Assembly (NCBI GenBank): GCA_965224485.1
Contig: CBDCZH010000003.1
Span: forward strand, 1-64,000
DNA: 64,000 nucleotides
Source of the DNA: Arcobacteraceae bacterium
GTDB lineage: Bacteria; Campylobacterota; Campylobacteria; Campylobacterales; Arcobacteraceae
Direction of reading: 5' to 3'
A program made the translations under genes and the position numbers. The notes beneath the pieces are model-generated. The model made no database searches. It had not been told where the DNA came from and saw only the letters and a program-made list of their open reading frames with translations. Positions 30,776 through 41,857 of this stretch are shown one piece after another. Numbering within the stretch: position 1 is the stretch's first letter; each line of letters opens with the position of its first letter.

Positions 30776-31849
30776 ATGAAAAAGAAAACTGCTATTATCT
30801 GTTTATCAAAAGTAAATGGAGGAATGGAATTAGCTTCAATAAAATTAGCAAGACTTTTAAGTTCTGATGTAGATATTGAATTTATTGCAAAAAAAGATAG
30901 TTTTATTGAAAATAAGAAAGATGAGCATTTTAATAATTACAATATTAATTTACATATAGTTGATTTTTCATCAAACCTAAGTTTAAAACTTATAAAAAGT
31001 ATTAGAGAAATTTTAATTAGAAATGAAATAAAAAATATTATCTTTTTAGGTGCTTCAGAGATGAAATCATTGTATTTTTCAACACTTGGATTAGATATAA
31101 ATTTTATTATAAGGCAAGGTTCAAAAAAAACAAGTTCAAAAAAAGATATATTTCATAAACTTTTTTACTCTGATGTTAAATATCTTGTAGGAAATTGTGA
31201 ATATATAAAACAAAATATTATTGATATTTTACCTATTGCAAAAAATTGTAAAGTAAAAAGAATATACTCTTCTTTAAGATTTGAAGATAATATCAAATTT
31301 AAAATACCTAATAATATAATTAATTTAGTTCATGTAGGAAGAGTTCATCCTGGAAAAGGACAATTAGAAGCTATTAAAGCATGTGAAGTTTTATATAAAA
31401 ATAATATAGAATTTAAAATGAGTTTTTTAGGAGATATTCAGAATAAAGAATATTTTAAAACTATTGAAAATTATTTAGAAAATTTAAATTATAAAAATAG
31501 TATTGAATTTGTTGGTTATACTTCTAAAGTGAAAAAGTATTTAGAAAAAAGTGATATATTTATTTTCCCAAGCTTAGGAGAAGGTATGAGTAATGCTATA
31601 ATTGAAGCTCTTGGATATGGATTAATTACAATAATTTATGATGATACTTCATCAAGTGAATTCAGAGACTTGGGATTTCACATACACTTAACAAAAGAAA
31701 ATAAAGTAAAAGATTTAAAAGAAATTTTAATTAATATTTCAACAAACTTAAAAGAAGAAAAAAATAAATCAAATTTAAATCATAAAAAAGCATTAGAAGT
31801 TTTTTCTTTACAGAGAGAGAAAAATGAGTATTTAGAGTTATTAGTTTAA
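30776..31849 (+). CDS. Glycosyltransferase family 4
   Basis: GGME, VGRVHPGKG, EGMSNAIIEA. Confidence 0.9.
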   Translation: MKKKTAIICLSKVNGGMELASIKLARLLSSDVDIEFIAKKDSFIENKKDEHFNNYNINLHIVDFSSNLSLKLIKSIREILIRNEIKNIIFLGASEMKSLYFSTLGLDINFIIRQGSKKTSSKKDIFHKLFYSDVKYLVGNCEYIKQNIIDILPIAKNCKVKRIYSSLRFEDNIKFKIPNNIINLVHVGRVHPGKGQLEAIKACEVLYKNNIEFKMSFLGDIQNKEYFKTIENYLENLNYKNSIEFVGYTSKVKKYLEKSDIFIFPSLGEGMSNAIIEALGYGLITIIYDDTSSSEFRDLGFHIHLTKENKVKDLKEILINISTNLKEEKNKSNLNHKKALEVFSLQREKNEYLELLV

Positions 31850-31857
31850 GGATTTAA

Positions 31858-32940
31858 TTGAAAAATATAGTTATTATTATTGATTCACTTGTAGGTGGTG
31901 GTGCGGAGACAATAAATGCAAAACTAGGAAAGTACTTTATAGATAAGAGATATAAAGTACATTTAATTTACATAAAAAATATTATAAAAATAGAAATTGA
32001 TGAAAGAATTAACCTAATAACTCTTAATTATAAAAAGAAGAAATCTATTCTTAATAATAGATACTATGCTAATAAATTAAAAGATATTCTATTAATTTTA
32101 GAGAAAGAAAATAAAAAATTAAATTTAATTATTGGAAGCTTAGGATTAAGCCATAAACTAATGAATATAATTGATAAAGAATTTAACTTTTACTATACAC
32201 TTCACGGAACAACAACTATAGCCAAATTAAAAAATAAAAGTATTATAAGAAAATATATAAAGAAAATTGAACTTGAAAAAACATATCATAATAAAAATAT
32301 AATATGTGTATCAAATGGTATAAAAAATGATATCTTAACACTTAAGATTAAGCCAAAATCAATACAAACAATTTATAATCCATTTGACTTCCACGATATT
32401 TGTCTAAAAGCAAAAGAAAAACAAAATCTCAATATAAAAGGAGATTATATAATTCACGTGGGAAGATTTGCAAAAGTCAAAAGACATGATATATTGGTAA
32501 AAGCTTTTTTTTTATTAAAAAATAAAAATATAAAACTACTTTTAGTAGGTGAAGGAGAAGAAGAAGTAAATATTAAAGAGTTAGTGAAAAAACTAAAGAT
32601 AGAGGAAAGGGTTATCTTTTCTGGCTTCCAAAAAAATCCATATCCTCTAATTAAAAATGCAAAAGCTTTAATATTATCCTCAGAAAATGAAGGGTTTGGA
32701 AATGTACTTGTAGAATCATTAATTCTAGCTACTCCAGTCATTAGTACAGATGCACCTATAGGACCAAGAGAAATTCTTGAAAATATCCTACCAGAATCAT
32801 TAGTTCAAATTAATAATGACAGAGCATTAGCAAAAGCAATTCAAAGAGTACTTCAGCTGCCCTTTAATCTAAGGAAAGAGTCTTTAGCCCAATACAATAG
32901 AGACAATGTCATAAAAAAATACATTAATATTTTATCCTGA
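31858..32940 (+). CDS. Glycosyltransferase family 4
   Basis: GGGAE, VGRFAKVKR, EGFGNVLVES. Confidence 0.92.
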   Translation: MKNIVIIIDSLVGGGAETINAKLGKYFIDKRYKVHLIYIKNIIKIEIDERINLITLNYKKKKSILNNRYYANKLKDILLILEKENKKLNLIIGSLGLSHKLMNIIDKEFNFYYTLHGTTTIAKLKNKSIIRKYIKKIELEKTYHNKNIICVSNGIKNDILTLKIKPKSIQTIYNPFDFHDICLKAKEKQNLNIKGDYIIHVGRFAKVKRHDILVKAFFLLKNKNIKLLLVGEGEEEVNIKELVKKLKIEERVIFSGFQKNPYPLIKNAKALILSSENEGFGNVLVESLILATPVISTDAPIGPREILENILPESLVQINNDRALAKAIQRVLQLPFNLRKESLAQYNRDNVIKKYINILS

Positions 32941-34134
32941 TTTTTTTGATTTTAAAACAATGATACTAAAAAAAACAAAAGACATAAAAAAAATAATATA
33001 TATGGGTTTTTTATCTAAAATACTATTAAAAAGTGAATTATAAAATATAGTACTATAGAATGAAATCGCTAAATAAAAATATTTTGGTGTTGTCCTTAAT
33101 CTCCGTATCAAAAGAAAAATTCCGATTACTAATAAGCCATATCCGATAATCCCATACCTTAATAAAAACTCAAAATGAGAATTATGTAAGCTTCCGAAGG
33201 ATTCATTAGTTCTTTCCTTTATAGCTATTTTTCTGTATTCATCTCTAACATCACCTGCTCCCACACCAAAAATAAAATTATCTTTTAAAATAGTAAATGA
33301 TGTTTTATATAAGTATGCTCTAATTCCCCAGCTGCCACTATAATTTTCTTGGCTAATTACATTATTTAATTCTTTGTATCCTTCTTTAAACTTAGGAGAA
33401 GAGTTAAATACAAGAAATAGTACTAGAATACATAACATAAACGCAAATATAATAAATTTATAATTTAAATACTTTTTAGCATAAAATACAAATAATGTAA
33501 TTAAACTAAGAAGTAATGATAATTCAGCTGAGCGACCATTATTAATAAAAAAAGCAAAGAGGCACACCAATGACAAAAAGAGAAAAGATATTTTAGTTTT
33601 TTTGTCTTTTTCGTAGTATACAAAAATAGATGAAAATAAAAAACCCATCGCCATCATCGGAGTAGAAATAGCAAAAGCCAAATGTCCTTTTGGATTAATT
33701 GTGCTGGCGCCATCAATTGAATAAAAGCCAAGGTATATTCCAATGGAATACATTGCATATATTCCAAAAGCAAAGGTAAATAGCCTAAGTGAATTTTTAG
33801 AAGTGCTTAAGTTTAACGATAAATAAAGTAATGGAATATATATTAATGATTCTCTAAAAACCTTTTGGGCCCATATTCCATGTTCCATATTATTAGTCCA
33901 TAATAATGAAAGATAAGTGTATGCAATAAATAATATTAATATTAGCATGGGTTTAAAAAACAGCATTGTCCGTAATTTTTTAAATTCACTTATTTTATTT
34001 TTTAGGAGAAAAGAAAGAAGAAGAAGAACTGAAAAGGCACCATATTGTGCATTAAATATATAAAAAGGAGTTGTAAATACAAATATATAAAGAAGCATTA
34101 AATATTTTTCGTTTCTCACCAAGTTTATCATCAT
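32932..34134 (-). CDS. waaL: O-antigen ligase family protein
   Basis: Polytopic membrane protein; NGRS, SWGIR, FGVGAG, HNSHFE...GIIG. Confidence 0.85.
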   Translation of the reverse strand: MMINLVRNEKYLMLLYIFVFTTPFYIFNAQYGAFSVLLLLSFLLKNKISEFKKLRTMLFFKPMLILILFIAYTYLSLLWTNNMEHGIWAQKVFRESLIYIPLLYLSLNLSTSKNSLRLFTFAFGIYAMYSIGIYLGFYSIDGASTINPKGHLAFAISTPMMAMGFLFSSIFVYYEKDKKTKISFLFLSLVCLFAFFINNGRSAELSLLLSLITLFVFYAKKYLNYKFIIFAFMLCILVLFLVFNSSPKFKEGYKELNNVISQENYSGSWGIRAYLYKTSFTILKDNFIFGVGAGDVRDEYRKIAIKERTNESFGSLHNSHFEFLLRYGIIGYGLLVIGIFLLIRRLRTTPKYFYLAISFYSTIFYNSLFNSILDKKPIYIIFFMSFVFFSIIVLKSKKSG

Positions 34135-34255
34135 TTTAATCCTTATTGTATATTTTCTAATATTTTAAAACTTAAAATACTAAATATTTCATCTTTAAAT
34201 ATTAAAAAAGAATTTAATCTACTAGTTCAACTATAACTTTAACCTAGTTATGATA

Positions 34256-36274
34256 CTATTTTGAACTATTATTATTTTTATATTCTTCATTAATTAAATA
34301 TTGTGTTACAGCTAATGATGCTTTATAATAATTTAATTCTTTTTTATCTGTTTTCTCTTTTAAAGAAAGTAATTTAAAAGATTTATTCTTATTATTTACT
34401 ATCATTGAACCATTAAACCCATAATGTGGACTTATTTTATCAAATAAATTATTTCCTATAGATAAATAAGAGGTATTGCTTAAGGTTAAATTGTAAAGTG
34501 TGGGAAAAATATCCTTATGTGAACCTGCAACCTTTGTATTTATGCTTAATTTTTCTTTTAGCTCTTTTGGAAGATAAAAATATAAAGGAATATTTTTTGA
34601 ATTAAAAAGTTTTTTATCATCATATTTCATAATTCCATCAATTGTATTATTATCAGCTGTTACAACAACAATTGTATTTTCAGCAAACTTAGTTTTTTTA
34701 AATTTATCTAAAAAGATGCCTACTTGATCAATTGCATAGGCATAGGAAGCAAATCTTTGCTTGGCTAAAGATAAACTACCTGTTATATGTTGTTCTAAGT
34801 TATTTGTAAATATTAAGGAATTACTTTTATAATCATTGGGAATCGTATAAGGAGGATGATTATTAGTACTAAGTGCAACTATAAACTGTTTTTTAGAAGA
34901 TTTTTCTAGCTTATTTAATATATGTGAATATAAATATTCATCAAAAATTCCCCAAGGGTGAAAATATTCTTTTTCATCTTTATCTTTGTTTTTTAAATTG
35001 TGATAAATATCAATCTTTCCTTCAACATTATCATATGCTTGATACTTAACAAACTCACCTAAATTTCTCCAAGTAAGGTCACCTCCATAAATAAATGTTG
35101 TCTCATAATCTTTTTTATTATATAAAAAAGCAGGAGAATATGTAAATGAAGTTTGTTTATAAATAGATTGAGAAAAAGCAAAAGATTTTGGTCTATGTGG
35201 AATATTTAATAATAAAGCTTGTAAGCTTGAAATTGTTCCATCACCAGCTGAAATAAAGTTTGTTAAGAGAGTATCTTCTTCGAAATGTTTTTTTAATGAA
35301 CCTAAGATATTAAAAGTATTACTATTATATTTTAGAATTGGACTTCCGAAACTTTCTACCATAATTACAATGACATTATAATCTTTATCATCTATTTTTT
35401 TAGTTTTGTGTTTAATATTATTTAATAAATTTTCTTCATCAATATCATTTGTACCTTTTAATAATTTAAAAGCCTCTTGTATTCTATTTTTATAACCAGT
35501 TACTTTAATTAAGTCATATTCTCTTTTTAAATATTTTTTTCTAATTCCATAGGCAGAAGTAAAAGAACGAAAGCCATTTTGTGAAATTTTATTTACAAAA
35601 GAATTTTTAGATATATTTGGAATCATTTTACCTAATGGATACATTCCTAATGTACCTCTAATAGCTAAAAAATTCAAGATTATAAATATAGTAAAAATTA
35701 TAAAAGATATTTTAATAAATATAAATGATTTTATATCTTTTTCTTTTTGCAATAAAATAAACTTAATAAGTTTAAATAATAAAAATAAATAAATAAATAG
35801 AATAAATAGAATTAACAATACATTATAATTTTGCCACATTGTAATAATTAAAGCTTTTGTATCATCATCAAAAAGACCAAAAAATAAAATATTTATATGG
35901 TCTTTAAAATATGAGTAGAAACCAAAATCAGCAAATAAAAGAAGTGTTACAAGCAAGTAAGCAAAAAAGATATAATATATTAAGAATTTGCTTGTAAGTT
36001 CTAATAAAATTTCTTTTTTTATATAATATAAAAAAATTAAAAGTAAAGTAGGAATAACTTGAATGTACCCCATAACCGTTAAATCAAGCCTTAAACCTAA
36101 CAAAAAGGCTTCTACTATATCTAAAAAGTATTTATTTATTTCATGTTCATCTAAGGGGCTATAATAATTAAAAAATACTATTCTAAATATTGACATAAAC
36201 ACTAAGAATATAAGGTGAAGTATAATTAAGTTTTTAAATATATTTAGAACTTTGCTTAAAATTGTTTTATTCAC
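34256..36274 (-). CDS. LTA-synthase-family (phosphoglycerol/PEtN transferase) membrane sulfatase-like protein
   Basis: GLRLD, RG, IMVES, STNNHPPY, TAD motifs after N-terminal TM helices. Confidence 0.88.
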   Translation of the reverse strand: MNKTILSKVLNIFKNLIILHLIFLVFMSIFRIVFFNYYSPLDEHEINKYFLDIVEAFLLGLRLDLTVMGYIQVIPTLLLIFLYYIKKEILLELTSKFLIYYIFFAYLLVTLLLFADFGFYSYFKDHINILFFGLFDDDTKALIITMWQNYNVLLILFILFIYLFLLFKLIKFILLQKEKDIKSFIFIKISFIIFTIFIILNFLAIRGTLGMYPLGKMIPNISKNSFVNKISQNGFRSFTSAYGIRKKYLKREYDLIKVTGYKNRIQEAFKLLKGTNDIDEENLLNNIKHKTKKIDDKDYNVIVIMVESFGSPILKYNSNTFNILGSLKKHFEEDTLLTNFISAGDGTISSLQALLLNIPHRPKSFAFSQSIYKQTSFTYSPAFLYNKKDYETTFIYGGDLTWRNLGEFVKYQAYDNVEGKIDIYHNLKNKDKDEKEYFHPWGIFDEYLYSHILNKLEKSSKKQFIVALSTNNHPPYTIPNDYKSNSLIFTNNLEQHITGSLSLAKQRFASYAYAIDQVGIFLDKFKKTKFAENTIVVVTADNNTIDGIMKYDDKKLFNSKNIPLYFYLPKELKEKLSINTKVAGSHKDIFPTLYNLTLSNTSYLSIGNNLFDKISPHYGFNGSMIVNNKNKSFKLLSLKEKTDKKELNYYKASLAVTQYLINEEYKNNNSSK

Positions 36275-37074
36275 TATTTTCCTTTTAATTCGTTTAATAT
36301 TTTAAAAAATTTAAAAAATATTTTTAAATCTCTTCCTAATATTTTATTAATAAATTTTAGTTCACTAATATAAATTAAATAAGATATTTTTTTTGCCATT
36401 GTATTTAATTTTTGTATAAAATCATCATTTTTAGATAGTTTTATATATTTATTAATTATATACTTAAAATCAAGCTCATAACTAGCTCTTGTTTTAGTTA
36501 AAGATAATAAAAACAGTACTAAATCTCTAAACTGCAAAAGTTTTAGATCTGTATCTTTTTTAAAACTATCTTCTAAATCAATTACAAAAATTTCTCCATC
36601 TTTATAAGTAAAATTTCTAGCTTGTGCTCCACCATGAAACTCATTATTATTATGTATATTTGCTAATTGAATTATAAGTTTATCAATAAAATAATACATT
36701 TTATCTTTTTTAATGTCTCTTTTTCTTATATAAGAATTAACATTTTTTCCACAATCTTCTAAAACAAAAAAGTCTTCATTTCTTCCAATTACTTCTGGAG
36801 TTTTAATACCTAACTTTTTAAATTTTATTAATTTATTAGTTTCAAAAAACACTGTTTCTTCTGAACTTTTATTTTGAACTGGTAATAATATTTCAAAAGG
36901 AAAAATCTTATAATAAAAATAGTGCAGTTTTGAAGAATATGTAGCTCTAGCTTTTTTTACCCAAACTTTTTTATTTTCATATGCAGATGAAAAAATTTCA
37001 CTATTAGTATTTTTGAAAGTTTCTTTTAGTGTCTTTTCATACTCTTTGTTTTTAAAGCTTGAAGTTATTTGCAT
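36274..37074 (-). CDS. Kinase-like protein (Kdo/InaA/RIO-like)
   Basis: WVKK, HGGAQARNF, IDLED, RDL. Confidence 0.75.
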   Translation of the reverse strand: MQITSSFKNKEYEKTLKETFKNTNSEIFSSAYENKKVWVKKARATYSSKLHYFYYKIFPFEILLPVQNKSSEETVFFETNKLIKFKKLGIKTPEVIGRNEDFFVLEDCGKNVNSYIRKRDIKKDKMYYFIDKLIIQLANIHNNNEFHGGAQARNFTYKDGEIFVIDLEDSFKKDTDLKLLQFRDLVLFLLSLTKTRASYELDFKYIINKYIKLSKNDDFIQKLNTMAKKISYLIYISELKFINKILGRDLKIFFKFFKILNELKGK

Positions 37075-37436
37075 ATAAGTATAATAACCCAACAAGAAAT
37101 ATGTAAAATAATAGTAAACATAACAGCAGTAGCTCCAATATCTTTTGCAGTTTTAGCTAAAGGATGAATCTCTTTTGTTACTAAATCAACAACATTTTCA
37201 ATTGCTGAATTTAGAAGTTCAACTATTAGTACTAATATTCCTGTAACTAGTAAAATTAGCTTATAGCTTAAAGAAACATCAACGAATATAATCGCAAGCA
37301 TTATAAAAATAGAAGCTAATAATTCAAGGCGAAAAGAATTCTCAGTTTTAAAAGCATGTTTTAAACCAGAAAGTGCATATTGAGTATTTTTAAATAAATG
37401 ATATTTTGGTTTATTATTCACCACTAGCTCCTTCAT
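37065..37436 (-). CDS. dgkA: Diacylglycerol kinase
   Basis: ENSFRLE, ELLNSAIENVVD, AKTAKDIG. Confidence 0.95.
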   Translation of the reverse strand: MKELVVNNKPKYHLFKNTQYALSGLKHAFKTENSFRLELLASIFIMLAIIFVDVSLSYKLILLVTGILVLIVELLNSAIENVVDLVTKEIHPLAKTAKDIGATAVMFTIILHISCWVIILICK

Positions 37437-38331
37437 ATAAATCTTTATAAAATCTTTTCCATCTCTTATGTTGCCAAAACCAAAGTTGTGGTTTTTGTAA
37501 AATTTGTTTTTCTATTATATTAGCTTGTTCTTGGGTTAATTCTTTAACCTTATCTTCACTTTTAAAATCAAACTTTTTTACATCAATTGCCGCATATACA
37601 TTAATAGTATAATTTCGAAAATCATTCATTTGTGCAAATACTGGAATAATTAAGGCATCAAATTTTAAAGCAAGTCTTGCTGTTGCATCTGTAGCCATTA
37701 CTTTTTTATTGAAAAATTCAATTTCTACTCCATGTTTTGAGTTTTGATCAATTGCAACAGCAATATGATGATTATTTTTAAAAGCTCTTATCATTCCTTT
37801 TGCTGCAACTTTTTTTTCTAACATTATAATATTATTTCTATCTCTTGCTTCTATATATATTTTATTTATATGAGGATTATCCATTTTTCTATTTACTACA
37901 GCTAAGGTTCCATATTTTAAAGCAATATAAGGAATAGCTAGTTCCCAACCCCCATAATGCGCAGTTATAAAAATAATTTTTCTTTTACTTTCAATTGCTT
38001 TTAAAATAACGTTTTCATTTTGGATTGTTGCTTTTTTAAATAATTCTTCTTTTGAAATATCTTGATTTTCTATAAATTCATATAAGTTAAAAAGTAAAGA
38101 TTTGTAAGATTCATAGATTATTTTATTTTTTTCTTCTTTACTTAATTTATTTCCATATACTAAATCAAGATTTGTTAAAGCTATACTTATATGCTTTTTA
38201 TTAAATTTACTTGCAAGTTTTGCAATTATTATAAGAATTGATTTTAATATAAAATTTGGAGTTAAAAGAAAAAATATCTTAGATAGTTTATATAAAAAAA
38301 ATCTGAAATAATCTTTAATTTTTCTTTTCAT
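37414..38331 (-). CDS. lpxL: Lipid A late acyltransferase (HtrB/LpxL family)
   Basis: TAHYGGWE, DQN, PQLWFWQHKRWK. Confidence 0.88.
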   Translation of the reverse strand: MKRKIKDYFRFFLYKLSKIFFLLTPNFILKSILIIIAKLASKFNKKHISIALTNLDLVYGNKLSKEEKNKIIYESYKSLLFNLYEFIENQDISKEELFKKATIQNENVILKAIESKRKIIFITAHYGGWELAIPYIALKYGTLAVVNRKMDNPHINKIYIEARDRNNIIMLEKKVAAKGMIRAFKNNHHIAVAIDQNSKHGVEIEFFNKKVMATDATARLALKFDALIIPVFAQMNDFRNYTINVYAAIDVKKFDFKSEDKVKELTQEQANIIEKQILQKPQLWFWQHKRWKRFYKDLYEGASGE

Positions 38332-39325
38332 ATAAAAGTTCCTTTGCAAGAGTTATTATTTTTTTTTCATCAATATTTTGTATTGAAAAATCATTTTTAT
38401 CTAGTTTTAAAGCATTAACTAAAGAGTTTGATTCTAATATTTTATTCTTATTTGTTATATAAGTATTTCTATACCCAGGTGTATTTCCAAAAAGTGTAAT
38501 AGAAGGAGTATTTAAAGCCCAAGCCATATGACTAGGTCCTGTATCATTTCCAATAAGTAAGTCCACTTTTGAAATAAGAGCTTTTAGAGAATTTAAATTC
38601 AAAGCTGGTAACATTTTTGCTTTTGAATTTAAAGCGATAAACTCTGCTATTTCTTTCTCCACATCACTATTCCAAAGAATTAATAAATTCTCTTCTAAAT
38701 CATTTGCTATTTTAACAAATTTTTCTTTAGAATACATTTTGGATTTCCAAGAAGCACCTATTACTAGAAGAATATTTTTCTTATCTTTTTTTAAATAATC
38801 ATAAATGATTCTATCTTCATTTTTATAAAACAAAAATGCTTCTTTATTTAAAATATCTTCTTTTGATATGTTAAAATGTAAAGCATTACTTAAAACTTTG
38901 GCATTTCTTTCTATTGCATTTGCATCATAGACTATATTTATTTTATTTTTATAAAAAAATGAGGCAAAAGACTCTCTTATTGAGTTCTTATCAAAACCTG
39001 CAATGTTTTTACCTAATAACCTAGCTACAAGAGCAGATTTGATTAAACCTTGAGCATCAATAACTAAATCATAGGAATTTTTTGCATACTCTTTTATTAA
39101 TTTAATTTGTTTGAAAATCTTTTTTTTGTTTTGTTTTATTTCTTTTAAATTAATTACAAAAATATTATCTATATCTTTATTGTTTCTAAGAACTTCACAA
39201 AAAGCTTCTTCTACGAACCAGTCTATTTGCATATTTTTGTTATGTTTTTTAATATATTGTAAAGCAATCATGGCGTGAATAATATCACCCATGGCTGATA
39301 ATTTAACAATCGCTATTTTCAACAA
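38315..39325 (-). CDS. waaC: Heptosyltransferase I
   Basis: VKLSAMGDIIH, DAQGLIKSA, GNDTGPSH. Confidence 0.95.
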   Translation of the reverse strand: MLKIAIVKLSAMGDIIHAMIALQYIKKHNKNMQIDWFVEEAFCEVLRNNKDIDNIFVINLKEIKQNKKKIFKQIKLIKEYAKNSYDLVIDAQGLIKSALVARLLGKNIAGFDKNSIRESFASFFYKNKINIVYDANAIERNAKVLSNALHFNISKEDILNKEAFLFYKNEDRIIYDYLKKDKKNILLVIGASWKSKMYSKEKFVKIANDLEENLLILWNSDVEKEIAEFIALNSKAKMLPALNLNSLKALISKVDLLIGNDTGPSHMAWALNTPSITLFGNTPGYRNTYITNKNKILESNSLVNALKLDKNDFSIQNIDEKKIITLAKELLYEKKN

Positions 39326-39356
39326 GCTCTCCTTGCTTCTATATAATACAAAGAGT

Positions 39357-40826
39357 TTATTTTATTTTTAACTTTATATCATCTGGCATTTCTAGTTTTT
39401 CAAGTTCACTTTGAACTAAATAAATATCATTTTCAAACTTAAGTATTAGTTTATCATCTTTTAGTTTATATTCTATTTTAGGTTTAGACAAATCTTGGTT
39501 TATTACAAGGTTTAAAGATATCATAAACGAAAGCCATTGCATAGTATCTAAAGATGGTAATAGTTCTCTAAACTCTTCTAAATCTTTTTGTTTTGGCATA
39601 GATTTTTTAGAAAACTTTATAATATGAGCTATGCTTACTCTTGAAGAGTGTAAAAAGTCGTAATTTAGACCATTTAATATAAAATCAAAAGAGTTATCAT
39701 TTGCTTTATAAAAATTTAATTTAGCTCCAACTGAGTGAAGCTTTGAAGCAAGCACGAGAAGAGTTCTATACTTATCATCAAGTTTATGTACTTCTTTTAG
39801 AACATCAAAGATTTTAGAAGCATTAGCGCCTAAGTATGAGCTTGTTTTAGCATCAACATCAAACTTATCAAGTAAAGATCTAACACTTATATTATAATTA
39901 GCTGGAAAAACTCCATTTTGGCTTCTTAATAAGTCACTTAAATATACACCTTCTCTTACTCCTACACCTGAAGTAATTAGCTCAACAATATCAAACTCAC
40001 TAAAAATAGTACTTAGAATCAAAGTACCTTCTTTAATAGTATCAAATCTATCTTTTTTAATTCCTAATTTTTTCAAAGCACACTTATCACTAGCTTCTAT
40101 AACATTAGAAAGAATTTCTTTATTATCTTTTACAAAAAATTTATATCCATGTAAGATATCTAAGGCATATGAATTATCTTTCATAATTATTTTACTTAAA
40201 GCTCTTATTGTTCCACCAATACCTACAATAGTACTAGGAATATCAAAAGAAGAGTTTTTAAGTGTTTGAAGTTTTTGTAAAATATAATCTTTTGCAGAAT
40301 CTATATCACCTTTTACTAAAAAAAGTTCATGTAATCTTACTGTTCCTATATCTAAAGAAATAGTTTCTACAATTTTTGAATTTTTTATTATTGCAAACTC
40401 AGTTGAACCACCACCTATATCAACAGTCATAAAATTTTTATGATGTATTAGGTTTAAAGCAGCAACTCCACCATAATATGCTTCTTTAATTCCATCTATT
40501 ATTTTTATATTAAGTTTCAACTCTTTTGCAACTTTATTTAAAAAAACTTTAGAATTAGGAGCATCTCTTAGGGCAGAAGTTGCAACACATATAATTTTTC
40601 TTGATTTTAAAGCAGAAGAAATGCTTAAAAATGATTTTAAACTATTAAATGCTCTTTGCATTGGTATCTCTTGAAGGTTTCCATTATTTTCATAAGAACC
40701 TTCTGAGATTTTAACTCTTGATTTTGTTTCATTTAATAATGAAAAAGCAAAACGAGAGCTTTTTTGCAAAACAACCATTCTCATTGAGTTAGACCCAATA
40801 TCTATAATAGTTGTAATTTTAGACAT
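39357..40826 (-). CDS. ppx: Ppx/GppA exopolyphosphatase
   Basis: IDIGSNS, ATSALRDA, DIGGGSTE, GVREG. Confidence 0.93.
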   Translation of the reverse strand: MSKITTIIDIGSNSMRMVVLQKSSRFAFSLLNETKSRVKISEGSYENNGNLQEIPMQRAFNSLKSFLSISSALKSRKIICVATSALRDAPNSKVFLNKVAKELKLNIKIIDGIKEAYYGGVAALNLIHHKNFMTVDIGGGSTEFAIIKNSKIVETISLDIGTVRLHELFLVKGDIDSAKDYILQKLQTLKNSSFDIPSTIVGIGGTIRALSKIIMKDNSYALDILHGYKFFVKDNKEILSNVIEASDKCALKKLGIKKDRFDTIKEGTLILSTIFSEFDIVELITSGVGVREGVYLSDLLRSQNGVFPANYNISVRSLLDKFDVDAKTSSYLGANASKIFDVLKEVHKLDDKYRTLLVLASKLHSVGAKLNFYKANDNSFDFILNGLNYDFLHSSRVSIAHIIKFSKKSMPKQKDLEEFRELLPSLDTMQWLSFMISLNLVINQDLSKPKIEYKLKDDKLILKFENDIYLVQSELEKLEMPDDIKLKIK

Positions 40827-41080
40827 TAAAGTTCTTCTGCTTCTAATTTTTTAAACTTAAACCTTAACTCTTCCATACTTTCTTGGTTATCAGAGTCAAG
40901 GATAATACAGTCAACAGGGCACACTTCTATACAAGCTGGCTCTTCATAATGACCAACACACTCAGTACATCTATCAGAATCAATGATATATACTGGATCG
41001 CCCTCTTCAATAGCAATATTTGGACACTCTTCTCTACATGCATCACATGCAATACATTCATCAGTTATTATTAATGACAT
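40826..41080 (-). CDS. YfhL-type 2[4Fe-4S] ferredoxin
   Basis: CIACDACREECP and CTECVGHYEEPACIEVCPVDC. Confidence 0.93.
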   Translation of the reverse strand: MSLIITDECIACDACREECPNIAIEEGDPVYIIDSDRCTECVGHYEEPACIEVCPVDCIILDSDNQESMEELRFKFKKLEAEEL

Positions 41081-41122
41081 TTATTTCCCTGTTTTTAAAT
41101 TAAATTAAGGAGTTATAACCAA

Positions 41123-41857
41123 TTATTCTTTAATAAGTTCTTTAATTAAACTAAAGGTGTCAAAATCTTTGCTTACAATTAAGAAACTGTTATCATTATA
41201 CACGTATAAATCTTCACACATATGTAAAGCAGCTTTAATATCAAAATCTCTAATCTCGCCTACAAAAAGAAAAAAAGCATAATTTCTACTTCTAGCTAAA
41301 GAGAGTGCTACAGCTCCAGGAGAGCGAAATTTCATTGACTTTTCATATAGTTTTTTACTTAAATTTGGATGATAATAGGCTTTTTCAAAAATACCCATTT
41401 CACTTGAAGTTTTTATTAAATTTTTTTTGATTTTTTTTGATAATAAATCAATTGTTATAATTTCACTATTTTTTACTTTATAAAGAAGTGTATGAGTACA
41501 TAAATTACAAATAACAGAGCAAAGAACTTTATTATTTAATTCCAAAGCAACAGAAGTTCCAAAATACTCTAATCCAGCTTTAAAATTAGAACTTCCATCT
41601 AAAGGATCTATAATAATTTTATAAGTACCCTTTCCTTTAACAAAACCAGCCTCTTCTGTATAGATATCACCAAAAGATGACAAATGCCTTATAAATATCT
41701 TTTCTGCTCTTAAATCCATGTTTAAAGACTTATCACCACCTGCCCCTATTGTATTTGAATAAAGATAATCTTTTTTAGATATATGAGTATGTAAATACTC
41801 ATATATCTCTTCATTTGCTTTAATGCAAGAAGATAAAAAATAATCAAACTTTTCCAT
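41123..41857 (-). CDS. Inositol monophosphatase/FBPase family protein
   Basis: GAGGD, TEE, IIDPLDGSSNF. Confidence 0.85.
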   Translation of the reverse strand: MEKFDYFLSSCIKANEEIYEYLHTHISKKDYLYSNTIGAGGDKSLNMDLRAEKIFIRHLSSFGDIYTEEAGFVKGKGTYKIIIDPLDGSSNFKAGLEYFGTSVALELNNKVLCSVICNLCTHTLLYKVKNSEIITIDLLSKKIKKNLIKTSSEMGIFEKAYYHPNLSKKLYEKSMKFRSPGAVALSLARSRNYAFFLFVGEIRDFDIKAALHMCEDLYVYNDNSFLIVSKDFDTFSLIKELIKE

